Of a DNA stretch of 64,000 nucleotides, positions 20,225 to 29,815 are shown one piece after another. The position numbers and the translations under genes are program-made. The stretch is taken from positions 44,123 to 108,122 of IMG/VR virus record IMGVR_UViG_3300036770_005214. One strand, 5' to 3'. How positions within the stretch are numbered: the stretch's first letter is position 1; the number at the start of each line of letters is the position of its first letter. Below the pieces are notes generated by a model. The model saw only the letters and a program-made list of their open reading frames with translations, did not search any database and was not told the origin of the DNA. This DNA comes from a virus.

Positions 20225-20262
20225 GACGAGCCACGAGCGGTTACCGCTGCTCGTGGCTCGTC
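20225..20262 (+). terminator. Strong hairpin (terminator or processing stem)
   Basis: Perfect 14-bp inverted repeat GACGAGCCACGAGC / GCTCGTGGCTCGTC right after the stop codon; weak U-tract. Confidence 0.6.
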
Positions 20263-20304
20263 TGTGTCTGCCCCTTTCCCCCCTTCGCACTACCGGGTGG
20301 AGCT

Positions 20305-20682
20305 ATGGCGCTGTTTCTTCAGCTTCCCTTCTATGTCCAAGAAACGGCCCTGACCCTCGACGCCCTCTCCAAGACGGGTGTTGGGGCGGTGCTCCCTGAC
20401 CAGTGCGGGGCCCTCGGCCTGTACGCCATCTTCGCCTCGACCGGTGTTCCCCCCTTCGGCGCCTACCAGATGTTCTTGGAGACCCGGATCAGCGGGGCTG
20501 CCGAGTGGACCGACACGGGCGAGATCTTCCCGATCGTATCGGCCGCGGGCGTCTACAAGTTCGCGTTCTCCTCGCCCGTCCTCGATGAAGTCCGCATCCG
20601 TGTGGAAGGGACGAACACGGTGGGCGCGGTGGTCCAGTTCACTTGGCTGGCCGACGTAGACGGCCTGACCCTTTCGACCTGA
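20305..20682 (+). CDS. Putative single beta-sandwich (jelly-roll-like) vertex/spike-base protein
   Basis: 125 aa alternating strands; FLETRISGAAEW..VRIRV pattern paralogous to the next gene. Confidence 0.5.
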   Translation: MALFLQLPFYVQETALTLDALSKTGVGAVLPDQCGALGLYAIFASTGVPPFGAYQMFLETRISGAAEWTDTGEIFPIVSAAGVYKFAFSSPVLDEVRIRVEGTNTVGAVVQFTWLADVDGLTLST

Positions 20683-20689
20683 GGCTCGC

Positions 20690-21061
20690 ATGTTCTTCCA
20701 GTGTAGCTACCAGAAGGACGTCCGCGACTCCGCGACGGTCCCGGTCGTCGAGCAGATCGACTGGCAGATCCTCCAAGCCGCAGGCGGCGGGGCGTACCTC
20801 GTTGGGAACCTCCGCCAGTTCACCATCGGGACGCTGAACGTCCTGGTGCAGACGAGCCTGGATGGGGTCAACTATGTCACGCTGGACAACACCACGCTGA
20901 CGGCAGTGGACACCACCTACTACTACCGCTACGACGGCCCCATTCCACGCTACCAGCGCATCACGTTGACCCCCGCTGGGGGCTTCAACGGAACCCTCGC
21001 CGTCAACTATTACGGCGCCGCTGACGTGGGAGACATCCCCATCTCCACCCTGGTCCTCTGA
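20690..21061 (+). CDS. Putative single beta-sandwich (jelly-roll-like) vertex/spike-base protein
   Basis: LNVLVQTSLDGVNYVTL..PRYQRITL pattern typical of small jelly-roll domains. Confidence 0.55.
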   Translation: MFFQCSYQKDVRDSATVPVVEQIDWQILQAAGGGAYLVGNLRQFTIGTLNVLVQTSLDGVNYVTLDNTTLTAVDTTYYYRYDGPIPRYQRITLTPAGGFNGTLAVNYYGAADVGDIPISTLVL

Positions 21062-21070
21062 GGTTCCGTC

Positions 21071-21640
21071 ATGGCTGACTACCAGGATCGCAGCATCCGT
21101 CGGAAGCTCGGTAAGAACCAGACGCTCCCGCACACGCACCATCCCCGTGACGTCCCCGGCGTCCTGTCGGTCGTGAGCGCACCGGCGTCCCTGATCCCCT
21201 TCGACACGTTGGTCGAAGAGGGCGTGACGGTCAACCCGAGCACGAGCGCGGTCGTCTTCTCGGTGCTCGACGAGATGTTTATCTCGGCGGTCCTCCCGCC
21301 CCTCACGACGCCGGCCAACAAGTATCGCGTCCACCTTCGGTTCAACGGCAGCTTCCTGTGCGGCTCCGAGTCGCGGCTGGAGTTGCAGTTCTTCCAGGGC
21401 AACCCGCTGGTGCCCCCGACCGTGGCCATCGGCACTGCGTTGCAGGCGGGCAACCCGGGTGCGGGTGGCATCGCGCAGATCCACGCCGTCTCGCTGACGC
21501 AGACCTTCGAGGTCGCGCCCGGAAACTACCTGTGGCAGGTGCAGTGGCGCGAGGTCAACGGCCTGCCCGGCAACGCGGTGGCGAGCGTGGGCGTGCTGCG
21601 CCGCTTCGAGGTTGAAGCCGACACGCTGGTCGTAAGCTGA
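21071..21640 (+). CDS. Putative beta-rich spike/structural protein
   Basis: C-terminal strands FEVAPGNYLWQVQWR; operon context. Confidence 0.5.
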   Translation: MADYQDRSIRRKLGKNQTLPHTHHPRDVPGVLSVVSAPASLIPFDTLVEEGVTVNPSTSAVVFSVLDEMFISAVLPPLTTPANKYRVHLRFNGSFLCGSESRLELQFFQGNPLVPPTVAIGTALQAGNPGAGGIAQIHAVSLTQTFEVAPGNYLWQVQWREVNGLPGNAVASVGVLRRFEVEADTLVVS

Positions 21641-22017
21641 TGGCCTACGCGGCAATCGTCACCGTGAAGCAAGTCGGGCCCGGCGAATACCTCGTCCGGG
21701 TCTCGGAAACCGACTGTGGGGCCGCGGACGAGGCCACGATCACCGGGCTTCCCGTTGTGGGTCGCGTGCGCCGCCTGACCTGCCAACTGGTTGGCGGGAC
21801 GGCGGTCTCCGTTGACCCCGTGCTGGCGATGGCCGCTGGTGGAACAGGCGTTGATGCCATCGTCGGGCCGGGCACCCCCGCGGCCATCGTGACGAGCCTT
21901 AGCGCCAACACTTATGCGACGCCCACCGGGGACTCGGTATTCTATCACCGCAGTCAGCCGAACGCGGGCGCCGACAACGTGATCGAGACGGTATACAACG
22001 TCTCGGGACGTTGGTAG
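21640..22017 (+). CDS. Putative beta-rich structural protein
   Basis: TGATG coupling; V/T/G-rich strands. Confidence 0.5.
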   Translation: MAYAAIVTVKQVGPGEYLVRVSETDCGAADEATITGLPVVGRVRRLTCQLVGGTAVSVDPVLAMAAGGTGVDAIVGPGTPAAIVTSLSANTYATPTGDSVFYHRSQPNAGADNVIETVYNVSGRW

Positions 22018-22038
22018 AGTTTTGGGAGGAAGGGAAGG

Positions 22039-22584
22039 ATGGAAATCCAAGGTCTGTTGATCGGAGCGGGGCTCGGCTACATGCTGGGCGACCAGAAGGA
22101 CGCGAAGAAGGTTGCGAGCCGCGAGGTGTGGGCCGTTGGTGGCGCCGCCCTGGGGCACCTCCTTCAAGAGCAGATGGGGCCCAAGCCGGCGCCCGCGCAG
22201 TCGCAGGTCGTTGTAGACCCGGGCCTGTCGCACGAGAACGCTCGGCTCAAGCGCGCCCTCGTGGAGACTCGCGCGAACCACTCGCGGACGCTCGCGGCGA
22301 TCGAAACCCAGGTCGACGAACTCTTGGCCGATCGCGAAGAGGCGCCAGCGCCTCGGGTCGCCCGTGCCGCTCGCCAGCCGGCCGCCGAGCCCGCGCCCCG
22401 TCGTCGGGTGGTGTCGCTCGGAACGATGGAGCGTGAGGCGGCACCGTCGCCCGCTCCGAAGCAAGCTCCCAAGGCAGCCGTCCGGCGCCCCCAACTTCCC
22501 GATTACGGGCAGCTTGATGGGCTCCGTGGTGAACTTGCAGAGGCAGACTTGGCCGAAGTGTTCGGCCGAAGCAACACAAGGTAG
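22039..22584 (+). CDS. Membrane protein with N-terminal glycine-zipper helices and coiled coil
   Basis: GLLIGAGLGYML and AVGGAALGHLL segments. Confidence 0.6.
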   Translation: MEIQGLLIGAGLGYMLGDQKDAKKVASREVWAVGGAALGHLLQEQMGPKPAPAQSQVVVDPGLSHENARLKRALVETRANHSRTLAAIETQVDELLADREEAPAPRVARAARQPAAEPAPRRRVVSLGTMEREAAPSPAPKQAPKAAVRRPQLPDYGQLDGLRGELAEADLAEVFGRSNTR

Positions 22585-22593
22585 GGAGTTACC

Positions 22594-22845
22594 ATGTACT
22601 ACGTTGGCGAAGTTGGCGGAAACAAGAAGGATGTTGTGGTGCCCGAGCCCAAGATGAAGGTTGACACCACCACCGTTCTCACCTCCGGTGTGGGCGCGCT
22701 GGGCGGCGGCCTCGCGGCTACCGCGGTGGGCCCCTCGCTCGGCCTCAAGGGCAAGAGCGGCAAGACCATCGGCATGGCGCTCGGCGCCCTGGCTGGGTTC
22801 ATGTACGACCAGCGCGCGAAGAAGAAGGCCGCTGAGCAGCTCTGA
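22594..22845 (+). CDS. Small glycine-zipper membrane protein
   Basis: MYYVGEVGG start; two Gly/Ala-rich hydrophobic helices. Confidence 0.65.
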   Translation: MYYVGEVGGNKKDVVVPEPKMKVDTTTVLTSGVGALGGGLAATAVGPSLGLKGKSGKTIGMALGALAGFMYDQRAKKKAAEQL

Positions 22846-22867
22846 TCTGTCGACGTAGCGTGTAACC

Positions 22868-22900
22868 AAGGGCCCACGTCGCTCGCCGCCGTGGGCCTTT
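22868..22900 (+). terminator. Possible intrinsic terminator
   Basis: AAGGGCCCACG ... CGTGGGCCTTT inverted repeat after the stop codon. Confidence 0.45.
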
Positions 22901-22916
22901 GCACTTGGAGGGAGCC

Positions 22917-23579
22917 GTGCCTACTGCCCGTCAGAGCATCGGGATCGCTTTCGTGAAGCTGGGGCAATCCGACGACCCGGCTATCCGCGCAAAGGGCCGA
23001 CTGGCCCAGACGCTTTGGGTGCGGTCCTCGACGGAGGATATGTCCCCAGGACGGCTTATCGCGCTCGCGGATGCGTTGGTCGCCTTGGCGGACGAGCTAC
23101 CGAGCCCCGAGCCTGACGCGCCCTCCGTGCAGGAAGCATGGGTCGATGTGCGCCCGCAGATCTCCGCGCAGCCGGGAGAGCCCATCCCCAACTACGGCAA
23201 GGCTCTAAGGAGTGTTGCGAGCGCCGGCTTTGCCTACAGCGGTCAGGCCGACGAGACGGACGCCTACCTGGACGAGGCGGACGAGTTTTACGGTGACGCG
23301 GCACCCGAGCAGACCTGGGGCGAATGGGCCGCAGAGAAGGCGGCGGCGCTGGCCTCCCCGGTGACGTCCCGCATCGCCGCGGCAGAGAAGGCCGTCGCAG
23401 ACAAGATTGCCGCGGCAGAGAAGGCCGTCGCAGACAAGTTTGCCGAGCTAAAGGAGGCCGCCACCGCTCCGGTGGAGGAGGGATGGGAAGATCTGAAGAA
23501 CGCCATGATTGCCATCGGCCTCACGGGCGTTCTGGTGGTGGCGATCAGCGCCTCCGCAGGTAGAGGAAGGCGCCGATAA
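22917..23579 (+). CDS. C-terminally anchored membrane protein
   Basis: GGAGGGAG RBS then GTG; C-terminal MIAIGLTGVLVVAIS followed by RGRRR. Confidence 0.6.
   Translation: MPTARQSIGIAFVKLGQSDDPAIRAKGRLAQTLWVRSSTEDMSPGRLIALADALVALADELPSPEPDAPSVQEAWVDVRPQISAQPGEPIPNYGKALRSVASAGFAYSGQADETDAYLDEADEFYGDAAPEQTWGEWAAEKAAALASPVTSRIAAAEKAVADKIAAAEKAVADKFAELKEAATAPVEEGWEDLKNAMIAIGLTGVLVVAISASAGRGRRR
23376..23441 (+). repeat. 33-bp coding tandem duplication (AAAEKAVADK x2)
   Basis: gccgcggcagagaaggccgtcgcagacaag present twice. Confidence 0.9.
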
Positions 23580-24858
23580 GGCCGAGGCCCACGAGCACCA
23601 GGGCGCCGCCGGCTGCCGCGGGGATGGCACCCAGGGTGTTCGCCCGCACGTTCGCGAGGGGGCCCAGGAACTTGCGCATGACGCTGATGTTCGCGTTGGC
23701 GGCTTCGGTCCCGAACTGGTCACGCCATGCTGGCCGCTCGATGTCCCGTGCGAAGATCTCCGCCAGAGAGAGCACCGTCGCCCCGTTCGCGTAGGCCTGA
23801 CGGAGCCTGTTCCCCCGCTCCCCTTGGTACTCGACGATGATGCGCTGGGTGTTCGCCGTGGGGTCGTGGCGAGCCGCAGACGACATCCCCGCACCTGCCC
23901 CCCTCGCATTGAGTTGGAACAGCCCGCGGCTGTCTTCCGAGCCCGCGGGCACGACGTAGGCGACCGCATCACGGGTCGAGCCGAAGGCCCATGCGCCACG
24001 CCCCGAGATTGCGTTCGTGTCGAGTTGCGACTCGCGGAAGGCGTTGGCGAGTGCGGCCAGCGCGATGCCCGCCGGGATGCCCGCACGCGAGAACTCGGCC
24101 ATGACCACACGCCCGGCGGACATCTGCCGCTCGAAGCGTTCGGGGTACTGGGTGAGATTCGGATAGTTGATGTTCTTGTTTCGGATCACCGTCTCAAGCG
24201 CGGCGTCCGTATCGAAGGCGCCGACGAACACACCGGCCGCCCGCGGAAGGGATGCCAGCATCTCCACCTCTTCGAGCTTGCCGCGAAGCGCAGACGTGAT
24301 CCCTTTGAGGTAGTCCGCCGGCGTGCGGATGCCCGCGTTCGCGAGCCGCACCCGCTCCGGGAACACGGTCGAGGGGTCCTTGTTCATGTACAGCGGGTAG
24401 AAGGTGGCCATCGCAATCTTGGCCAGCGTGTCGAGCGGTCCGCCCTCCAGCCGCTCGCGGGCCCGTGCGGCGTAGTATCGCTGCACGAGGTCCATCTGCT
24501 GCTGCGCATCCATCGCACGGATGGCCCGCGTCGTCGTGCCGAGCCCCTTCGCCGTGCTGGGGGTGAACTGGATCAGCCCTTGCGCCACGTCGGGGTTGAA
24601 CGGCTTGACCCCTTTGACGTCCCCATACTGCGCCTTCGGGTTGAACCGCGACTCGTGCTGGATGACCGCTGCAAGGTGCGCCGGGTTCGCGCCGAGGCTC
24701 CGCGCCACCTCGATGATCTTCAGCATGAGGGTGAGCGGTGGCGGCGACCCGGTGTAGTCCCGGTAGTAGGGCTGAAGCGTGCTCGCGAGCCGCACGTCTC
24801 GCGATATGCGGTAGGGCTCGGTCGCCTCTGCAAAGCTGGGGGACGGTGCGGTAGACAT
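23545..24858 (-). CDS. Two-domain lytic transglycosylase/lysozyme with C-terminal membrane anchor (putative virion entry enzyme)
   Basis: SLT: IQHESRFNP..GLIQFTPSTA; second lysozyme-like domain ANAFRESQL..SRGLFQ..IERPA; TM GGALVLVGLGLIGAFLYL then RRR. Confidence 0.8.
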   Translation of the reverse strand: MSTAPSPSFAEATEPYRISRDVRLASTLQPYYRDYTGSPPPLTLMLKIIEVARSLGANPAHLAAVIQHESRFNPKAQYGDVKGVKPFNPDVAQGLIQFTPSTAKGLGTTTRAIRAMDAQQQMDLVQRYYAARARERLEGGPLDTLAKIAMATFYPLYMNKDPSTVFPERVRLANAGIRTPADYLKGITSALRGKLEEVEMLASLPRAAGVFVGAFDTDAALETVIRNKNINYPNLTQYPERFERQMSAGRVVMAEFSRAGIPAGIALAALANAFRESQLDTNAISGRGAWAFGSTRDAVAYVVPAGSEDSRGLFQLNARGAGAGMSSAARHDPTANTQRIIVEYQGERGNRLRQAYANGATVLSLAEIFARDIERPAWRDQFGTEAANANISVMRKFLGPLANVRANTLGAIPAAAGGALVLVGLGLIGAFLYLRRR

Positions 24859-24887
24859 GGGATAGACCCCTTCTCGGGAGGATAACC

Positions 24888-25568
24888 GTGGCCAGCTTCG
24901 ACGACGACGAAGATCAAGACATCCAGGGCAAGTACCGACGGGCGTGCGCCACGCTGGGCGTCTCGCTGCCGAAGACTGCCCCGAAGACCCCCCGTGCCGA
25001 ACAGGAGCAGGTGCTCACGCGCTGGAAGGACGGGGTACTCAAGAAGGCTTGGCAGGCTGCCGCGAAGCAGTGGCACCCCGACACGCCCACCGGCAACGCG
25101 GACAAGTTTAAGTCCGCAAAGGAGGCGTATGACCTGCTGGCCGGGCTCCAGTTGCGGCCCGAACGGCCGCCCGAGCCGCCCCCCGAAGTCGACCTCGACT
25201 TTGCGGACGTGCGTCCGAACCGGCGGCCTCCCCCCGCCGAGCCGGGAGCGGCATGGGCTCCCAGGGTCTCGCGGGGCTCGGACGGGGGCATGGTCATCGA
25301 CGTGGGCTTCCTGTCGTTTGACGTCTCGGCGGTGCAGATGCAGGCGCTCGCCGAGGCGCGGAAGATGGCAGAACAGATGCTCGAAGCTCGGCTAGAGAAG
25401 GAACGGAGAGCCCTGAAGAACCGGGTGCAGCGCGAGGCGACCGACAAGTTTATGGACCTGCTCGGCCCCATCCTCGACGGCGTGCCGCTCGCTGACGCAG
25501 TGGACAAGCCAAAGCGCAAGCGAGCGGCGAAGAAACCTGGGTCCACGCGCACAACCGTCATCGGATAG
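24888..25568 (+). CDS. J-domain (DnaJ-like) protein
   Basis: ACATLGV..LKKAWQAAAKQWHPD..KFKSAKEAYDLL with HPD motif. Confidence 0.8.
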   Translation: MASFDDDEDQDIQGKYRRACATLGVSLPKTAPKTPRAEQEQVLTRWKDGVLKKAWQAAAKQWHPDTPTGNADKFKSAKEAYDLLAGLQLRPERPPEPPPEVDLDFADVRPNRRPPPAEPGAAWAPRVSRGSDGGMVIDVGFLSFDVSAVQMQALAEARKMAEQMLEARLEKERRALKNRVQREATDKFMDLLGPILDGVPLADAVDKPKRKRAAKKPGSTRTTVIG

Positions 25569-25570
25569 GC

Positions 25571-26281
25571 TCACCCGATCTTCTGGTTGCGGACGGTGAG
25601 GGGCATCGCCAGCGACCAGTTGCCTTGGTCGGCGATCGCTTGCAAGGCATCCATGCGGTACACCGTCTTCTGCACCAGCGGGTTGCTATTCCCCGCGAGC
25701 CATGCACGGCGGGCGGCGATGTAGGCACGCGTCCAGGCCTTCTCGTCGCCTCCGTTCGCGGGGCTCTTCTCGGGGAACTTGGCGCGGATGGTGTCAACGC
25801 CCTTCGGACCCGAGTGGATGCAGGTGTCGTACAGCACCAACACCGTCAGGGCGTGGCAGGCCTTCACGGCTTCCGCGTGGGCCATCGCCGGGGCGAAGTA
25901 TTGCTCGTCGAATACCTCGTCCTGGGCCCTCTGCATGACCGGATCGGTGCCGGCGGCCTTCAGGGCGTCGATCAACTGCTGAACCGGCGCGGTGTACGGT
26001 CCGCCCGGCGTCTCTTTTGTGGACACGTTCCCGGCCAGGGTCGCCTCGTGGAGCCGAAGCTCGGCAGCGAGCCGGCCGCCGAGGGCGATGTACCGCTTCA
26101 CCACGGCATCCAGGCTCCCGGCCTTGTCGGTACACTGGTGCTTTCCGTAGGAGATACCTGCGCCATCCTTCAGAATGGTGCAGGTGGCGTAGCTCGCCGC
26201 CGACGGAACCTTGCCCGTCTCGAAGATGGAGAGAACGCAGTCGATAACGTGCTTCTGGTCGTGTGACAGTTGCAGTGGCAT
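25571..26281 (-). CDS. GH46 chitosanase-like / lysozyme-fold hydrolase (putative endolysin)
   Basis: SIFETG, DGAGISYG..Q, DPVMQRAQD..YFAPA, LYDTCIHSG. Confidence 0.7.
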   Translation of the reverse strand: MPLQLSHDQKHVIDCVLSIFETGKVPSAASYATCTILKDGAGISYGKHQCTDKAGSLDAVVKRYIALGGRLAAELRLHEATLAGNVSTKETPGGPYTAPVQQLIDALKAAGTDPVMQRAQDEVFDEQYFAPAMAHAEAVKACHALTVLVLYDTCIHSGPKGVDTIRAKFPEKSPANGGDEKAWTRAYIAARRAWLAGNSNPLVQKTVYRMDALQAIADQGNWSLAMPLTVRNQKIG

Positions 26282-26288
26282 GGGTCCC

Positions 26289-27179
26289 TCAAACGCTGAA
26301 GCGGACGACGCCGCGGATGTTGCTCGCCTTCACGTTGCGCTCGACATACTTGGCGGTGTCCCCCAGGTTTCCGCCCACGCACGCGAGCGTGGTGGCGTCC
26401 TTCCACCCCAAGATCAGGTCCGTGTGGCCCGCCTTGGTCGCCGAGCCACCCGCGTCCGATCCCGACCCTTCCCGCGACTGGAGCAGCAGCGAGCCCGTCA
26501 GGACCTCCGAGCCGGTGAGGGCCGATGCAGGCGTCCACAGCCCGAGCTTCTTCCCCTCGTCCTCTTGGCCCTGCGCCGCTCCGAACCAGTTTTTGAGCGG
26601 GTGCGCCGACCACGCCGAAGGGGTCGCCCAACGGAGCCCCATCGCTTCCGCCTGCGCCCACTGCGCCGACAGGGCGCACCACGCGAGCCCCGTCCCCGCC
26701 TTGTCCTTCGCGATCGCGTAGTGCTCGACGTACTCGCCGACCAGCCCCGAGAGGGCCGGGCCCCGGTTGGAGGACGCCGGATTCTCGCGGATGCCGATGA
26801 TGCTGACCATCGCCAGGGCCGCCGCACGCTGCACGGCGGATGCCCGGGGGTCGATCGCCCGCGTGGCCGTCTCCTGGCTCCCCTTGACCCAGGACTGCTC
26901 CGCCTGCTCGGCACGCAGCGCCAGCCGCCAGGGTGCTTCCGGCTGGTCAGGCGCCGGCGGGAGGCCCGTTGGTTGGGCCAGCAGCGACGCCCACGTCTTC
27001 TCTTCGACCACACCGTCTGCGGTCAGCTTCTTGGCGCCCTGGAACTGGATCACCTTGGCCTCGGTCCCGGGGCCGAAGCCCCCGTCCGCCGTGCAGGCGA
27101 ACCCGTGCGCGGTCAGGCGCTCCTGACAGAGCTTGACGTCAGACCCCTGTGAACCCTTACGAATGGTCGCTTGCGGCAT
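26289..27179 (-). CDS. Endolysin: peptidoglycan-binding domain plus CHAP-like amidase
   Basis: GSQGSDVK..Q..L..DGGFGPGTEAKVIQFQ..LTADGVV..TW; catalytic WCA..GHT..GGN. Confidence 0.8.
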   Translation of the reverse strand: MPQATIRKGSQGSDVKLCQERLTAHGFACTADGGFGPGTEAKVIQFQGAKKLTADGVVEEKTWASLLAQPTGLPPAPDQPEAPWRLALRAEQAEQSWVKGSQETATRAIDPRASAVQRAAALAMVSIIGIRENPASSNRGPALSGLVGEYVEHYAIAKDKAGTGLAWCALSAQWAQAEAMGLRWATPSAWSAHPLKNWFGAAQGQEDEGKKLGLWTPASALTGSEVLTGSLLLQSREGSGSDAGGSATKAGHTDLILGWKDATTLACVGGNLGDTAKYVERNVKASNIRGVVRFSV

Positions 27180-27514
27180 GGCTATTCACTCTCCCGAGTG
27201 CATGGTAAGCGTATCGAGGTAGCGGAGGATAGGCATACCCCTTGGACCCCTTACTAGAGCCTACACCAGAACCTAGACCTCTTACCCCAATATGCCGCGT
27301 TCGGGCTGGTGAATCGGCCCTGTTCGTAGTGAGAAGCCAGATCGACGATAACGGGGTATCACACCCCCTGGGGGGCTTCCTGACCCCCGACGGCATCTTC
27401 CACCCTCGCGGGGAGCCTTGCGACTTCGAGGTCGGCGCCGTCTTCCGCATCGGGGTCTCGGGTCCGACGACCCTCCAGACCCCCGTCCCACCTACCGCAC
27501 GTCGAGGAGCCCAC

Positions 27515-28081
27515 ATGGACCCGCAGCCCGAGCAGACCCCCGAGCACGCCCCGGAGCACACCACCGAGCACGCCCCCGAGCACGAGGCCCCCGCCCACGA
27601 GGCGCCCGCCCACGAGGGCAAGACGCACGCCAGCGCCGGGCTCCCGACGGGGGATGGCCCCGACTTCTCCGGTGCGCTTGGAGCGGCGGAAGCCCTCGGC
27701 GACAGCCCCTATGCCCCCTTCATCCTCTTGGCCATCGCGGCGATGACGGTGCTCGGCGGCAAGAAAGCATGGGACTTCTGGGGGGAGCGGAGCGAGCGCC
27801 AGCACCAACTGGAACTCAAGCGGCTCGACATCCAGGCCCAGCAGGCCGGGCTTCAGGGCGCCCAGCCGCCCCCCTGCCAAGTGAAGCAGGCCGAGACGGA
27901 GGCCCGCCTGACGGCCCTAGAGGAGGCCCTGAAGAGCGTCCAGCAGGCCACCGGGGGCCTCGGCGGCTTCGACCCCGAAGTCGTTGAGGAGATCGACAAG
28001 CGCCTCAAGCGGGTCGAGCGAGCCGAGAAGGCCCGCCGGGAGGAGGAGCGCGACGAGGAGCGCCGCGAGCGCAAGGGCTAG
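27515..28081 (+). CDS. Single-TM coiled-coil protein (holin/spanin-like candidate)
   Basis: GAGGAG RBS, PEH repeats, TM PFILLAIAAMTVLGG, next to the lysins. Confidence 0.5.
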   Translation: MDPQPEQTPEHAPEHTTEHAPEHEAPAHEAPAHEGKTHASAGLPTGDGPDFSGALGAAEALGDSPYAPFILLAIAAMTVLGGKKAWDFWGERSERQHQLELKRLDIQAQQAGLQGAQPPPCQVKQAETEARLTALEEALKSVQQATGGLGGFDPEVVEEIDKRLKRVERAEKARREEERDEERRERKG

Positions 28082-28284
28082 GCCTCGGCGGCCTCCACGT
28101 CGTCTAGCAGGGCGGCGAGGAGGATCGCCGGAACCCCATCGGGGGTCTCCAACGCCGCTACGATGCCCTCGGGCACAATCAGCAGGTGGGCGTGGACCCA
28201 TGCCACCCGCCCCCCTTCCAGCACGACCAACACATCGGCCTCGATGTCTTCCACGACTCCTCCCCGACTGGGAACGGAACCCAT
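28078..28284 (-). CDS. Small hypothetical protein
   Basis: 68-aa ORF at the end of a minus-strand operon. Confidence 0.35.
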   Translation of the reverse strand: MGSVPSRGGVVEDIEADVLVVLEGGRVAWVHAHLLIVPEGIVAALETPDGVPAILLAALLDDVEAAEA

Positions 28285-28319
28285 CCCGGTGCGGATGGAC
28301 CCCGTGCGCAGCCGGGGAG

Positions 28320-28859
28320 CTAGGCCGTGAAGCCGTAGGACGTGCGCTGCGTCGGCACATGCCCCATCTCGGCCAGCGACGAGGCGCGGAGCCCCGCATA
28401 GGGGTCATCTACCACGACAAGGTGGTCGAGCAGAAGGATCCCCACCGCCGCGCAGGCTTGGGCCAGCTTGGCGGTCACGCCGATGTCTTCACGGCTCGGG
28501 GTCGGGTCGCCCGACGGGTGGTTGTGCGCGAGCACGATGCCGTAGGCGCCGGACCGGGGGCGGGTCAGCGCCCACCGGAGGATCGTCCGGGGGTCCACGA
28601 TGGCGGCGCCGTCGGTCCCGGAGGAGAGGCGCGCCACGTCGAGGACCCGCAGCCGGCGGTCTACCGCGATCACTGCGACGTGCTCGACCTCGTGCCCGGC
28701 AAGGTGGGGCACCAGGACGGAGATCGCGTCTTGCGGGGTGCGGATGCCCCCGCCTTGGGGAGCCTCGGTCAGCATCCGGGCGAGCCGGGCGGCCGTCTCG
28801 GGGTCTCGGGCGGCTAGCTCCCGCACGAGGGCGGCAGCGGTGCGGGCGGCGGCGGTCAC
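28320..28859 (-). CDS. radC: RadC-like JAB-domain protein
   Basis: E..VDPRTIL..LAHNHPSGDPTPSRED..LLDHLVV; GTG coupled to the upstream stop. Confidence 0.9.
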   Translation of the reverse strand: MTAAARTAAALVRELAARDPETAARLARMLTEAPQGGGIRTPQDAISVLVPHLAGHEVEHVAVIAVDRRLRVLDVARLSSGTDGAAIVDPRTILRWALTRPRSGAYGIVLAHNHPSGDPTPSREDIGVTAKLAQACAAVGILLLDHLVVVDDPYAGLRASSLAEMGHVPTQRTSYGFTA

Positions 28860-29206
28860 TTGCCACCCCCCGGACCGTAGGAGGCCCAATCGGCTTTCCA
28901 GTTAGCCCCAGGGATCGAGCCGGCCGGGCGGCGGGCCCGGACCACCGCGTACCGGGATGCAGGGCTACGGCGCCGCTCCGCGGCCAGGACGGCGGCCCCG
29001 AAGGCCGCCCCGCTCGGGATGTCGACCAGCATCCGCACCCGGCGGCCTCGGGACGGGACGGTCAGGGGGTACATGCGCCCCGCGCCGTCCTCGGTGATCA
29101 GGTGGCCCCCGCGGACTGCGTAGAGCAGCCCGTCGGGAGCCGTGTACTTGCAGAGAGCCGGATCAGTGCCGGCGAGGGCCACGAGGGCGGGGGGAAGGTA
29201 GCGCAT
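28856..29206 (-). CDS. Hypothetical protein
   Basis: GGAG RBS, coupled to radC. Confidence 0.55.
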   Translation of the reverse strand: MRYLPPALVALAGTDPALCKYTAPDGLLYAVRGGHLITEDGAGRMYPLTVPSRGRRVRMLVDIPSGAAFGAAVLAAERRRSPASRYAVVRARRPAGSIPGANWKADWASYGPGGGK

Positions 29207-29231
29207 GGGGTCTCCAGACTTGGGGGTTGGG

Positions 29232-29723
29232 CTAGTAGTGGTCGGGGCCAGCTTCGGCGGCCTCGCGGTCCTGCTCGTCTCGCCATGCGGCTTCCGCTGC
29301 GTCGAGGTCGCGCTCCTGGCGCAACAGGCGGGCCTCCTCGGCGACCTCTTGAGCGGCGTCTACCCAGACGCGGGGGGAAGCCGTGGCGCCTCTCGTCTCG
29401 GAGAGGACCCGCTCCGCGCGGCGGCGAAACTCCTTTGCAGGGAGCCCCGACTGACGGCGGTAGGCGATCCAGGCCTTGCGGTACTGGCGGAGGCCGTAAG
29501 CCTTCCAGTCGTAGGCCTCGGCGGCCTGACGGTCCCCCTCCGTCCACTCATCGGGATTCCGGTGCGGAACGCCCTGCTCGTGGTGGAGCGGGCAGCGGTG
29601 CAGAGTATCGAAGTCGGACAGTAGCCAGCCGCCATCGCAGGGGCAGAGATCCGGGTGGATATGGGCCCAGGCTCCCCCTTCCAGATCACGGTAGGCATTT
29701 CCCAGGAAGTCGCCCTCAAACAT
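29232..29723 (-). CDS. Hypothetical Cys/His-containing early protein
   Basis: GGGAGG RBS; CPC..GW..SDFD..H.CP.H. Confidence 0.65.
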   Translation of the reverse strand: MFEGDFLGNAYRDLEGGAWAHIHPDLCPCDGGWLLSDFDTLHRCPLHHEQGVPHRNPDEWTEGDRQAAEAYDWKAYGLRQYRKAWIAYRRQSGLPAKEFRRRAERVLSETRGATASPRVWVDAAQEVAEEARLLRQERDLDAAEAAWRDEQDREAAEAGPDHY

Positions 29724-29730
29724 CGCATCC

Positions 29731-29815
29731 TCCCTTGCCGGCCGGGCACCGTTGCCGCCGGTGACTCTCTCTTATCCCCCTGGGTCCGAACCGTCAACCT
29801 AGACGGTGCATATTG
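29731..29815 (-). promoter_or_regulatory. Repeated sigma70-like promoter plus leader, copy 1
   Basis: Minus strand CAATATGCACCGTC-TAGG-TTGACG-17nt-TAAGAG...GGCGGCAACGGTGCCCGGCCGGCAAGGGAG; conserved blocks repeated at about 31130-31214. Confidence 0.7.
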
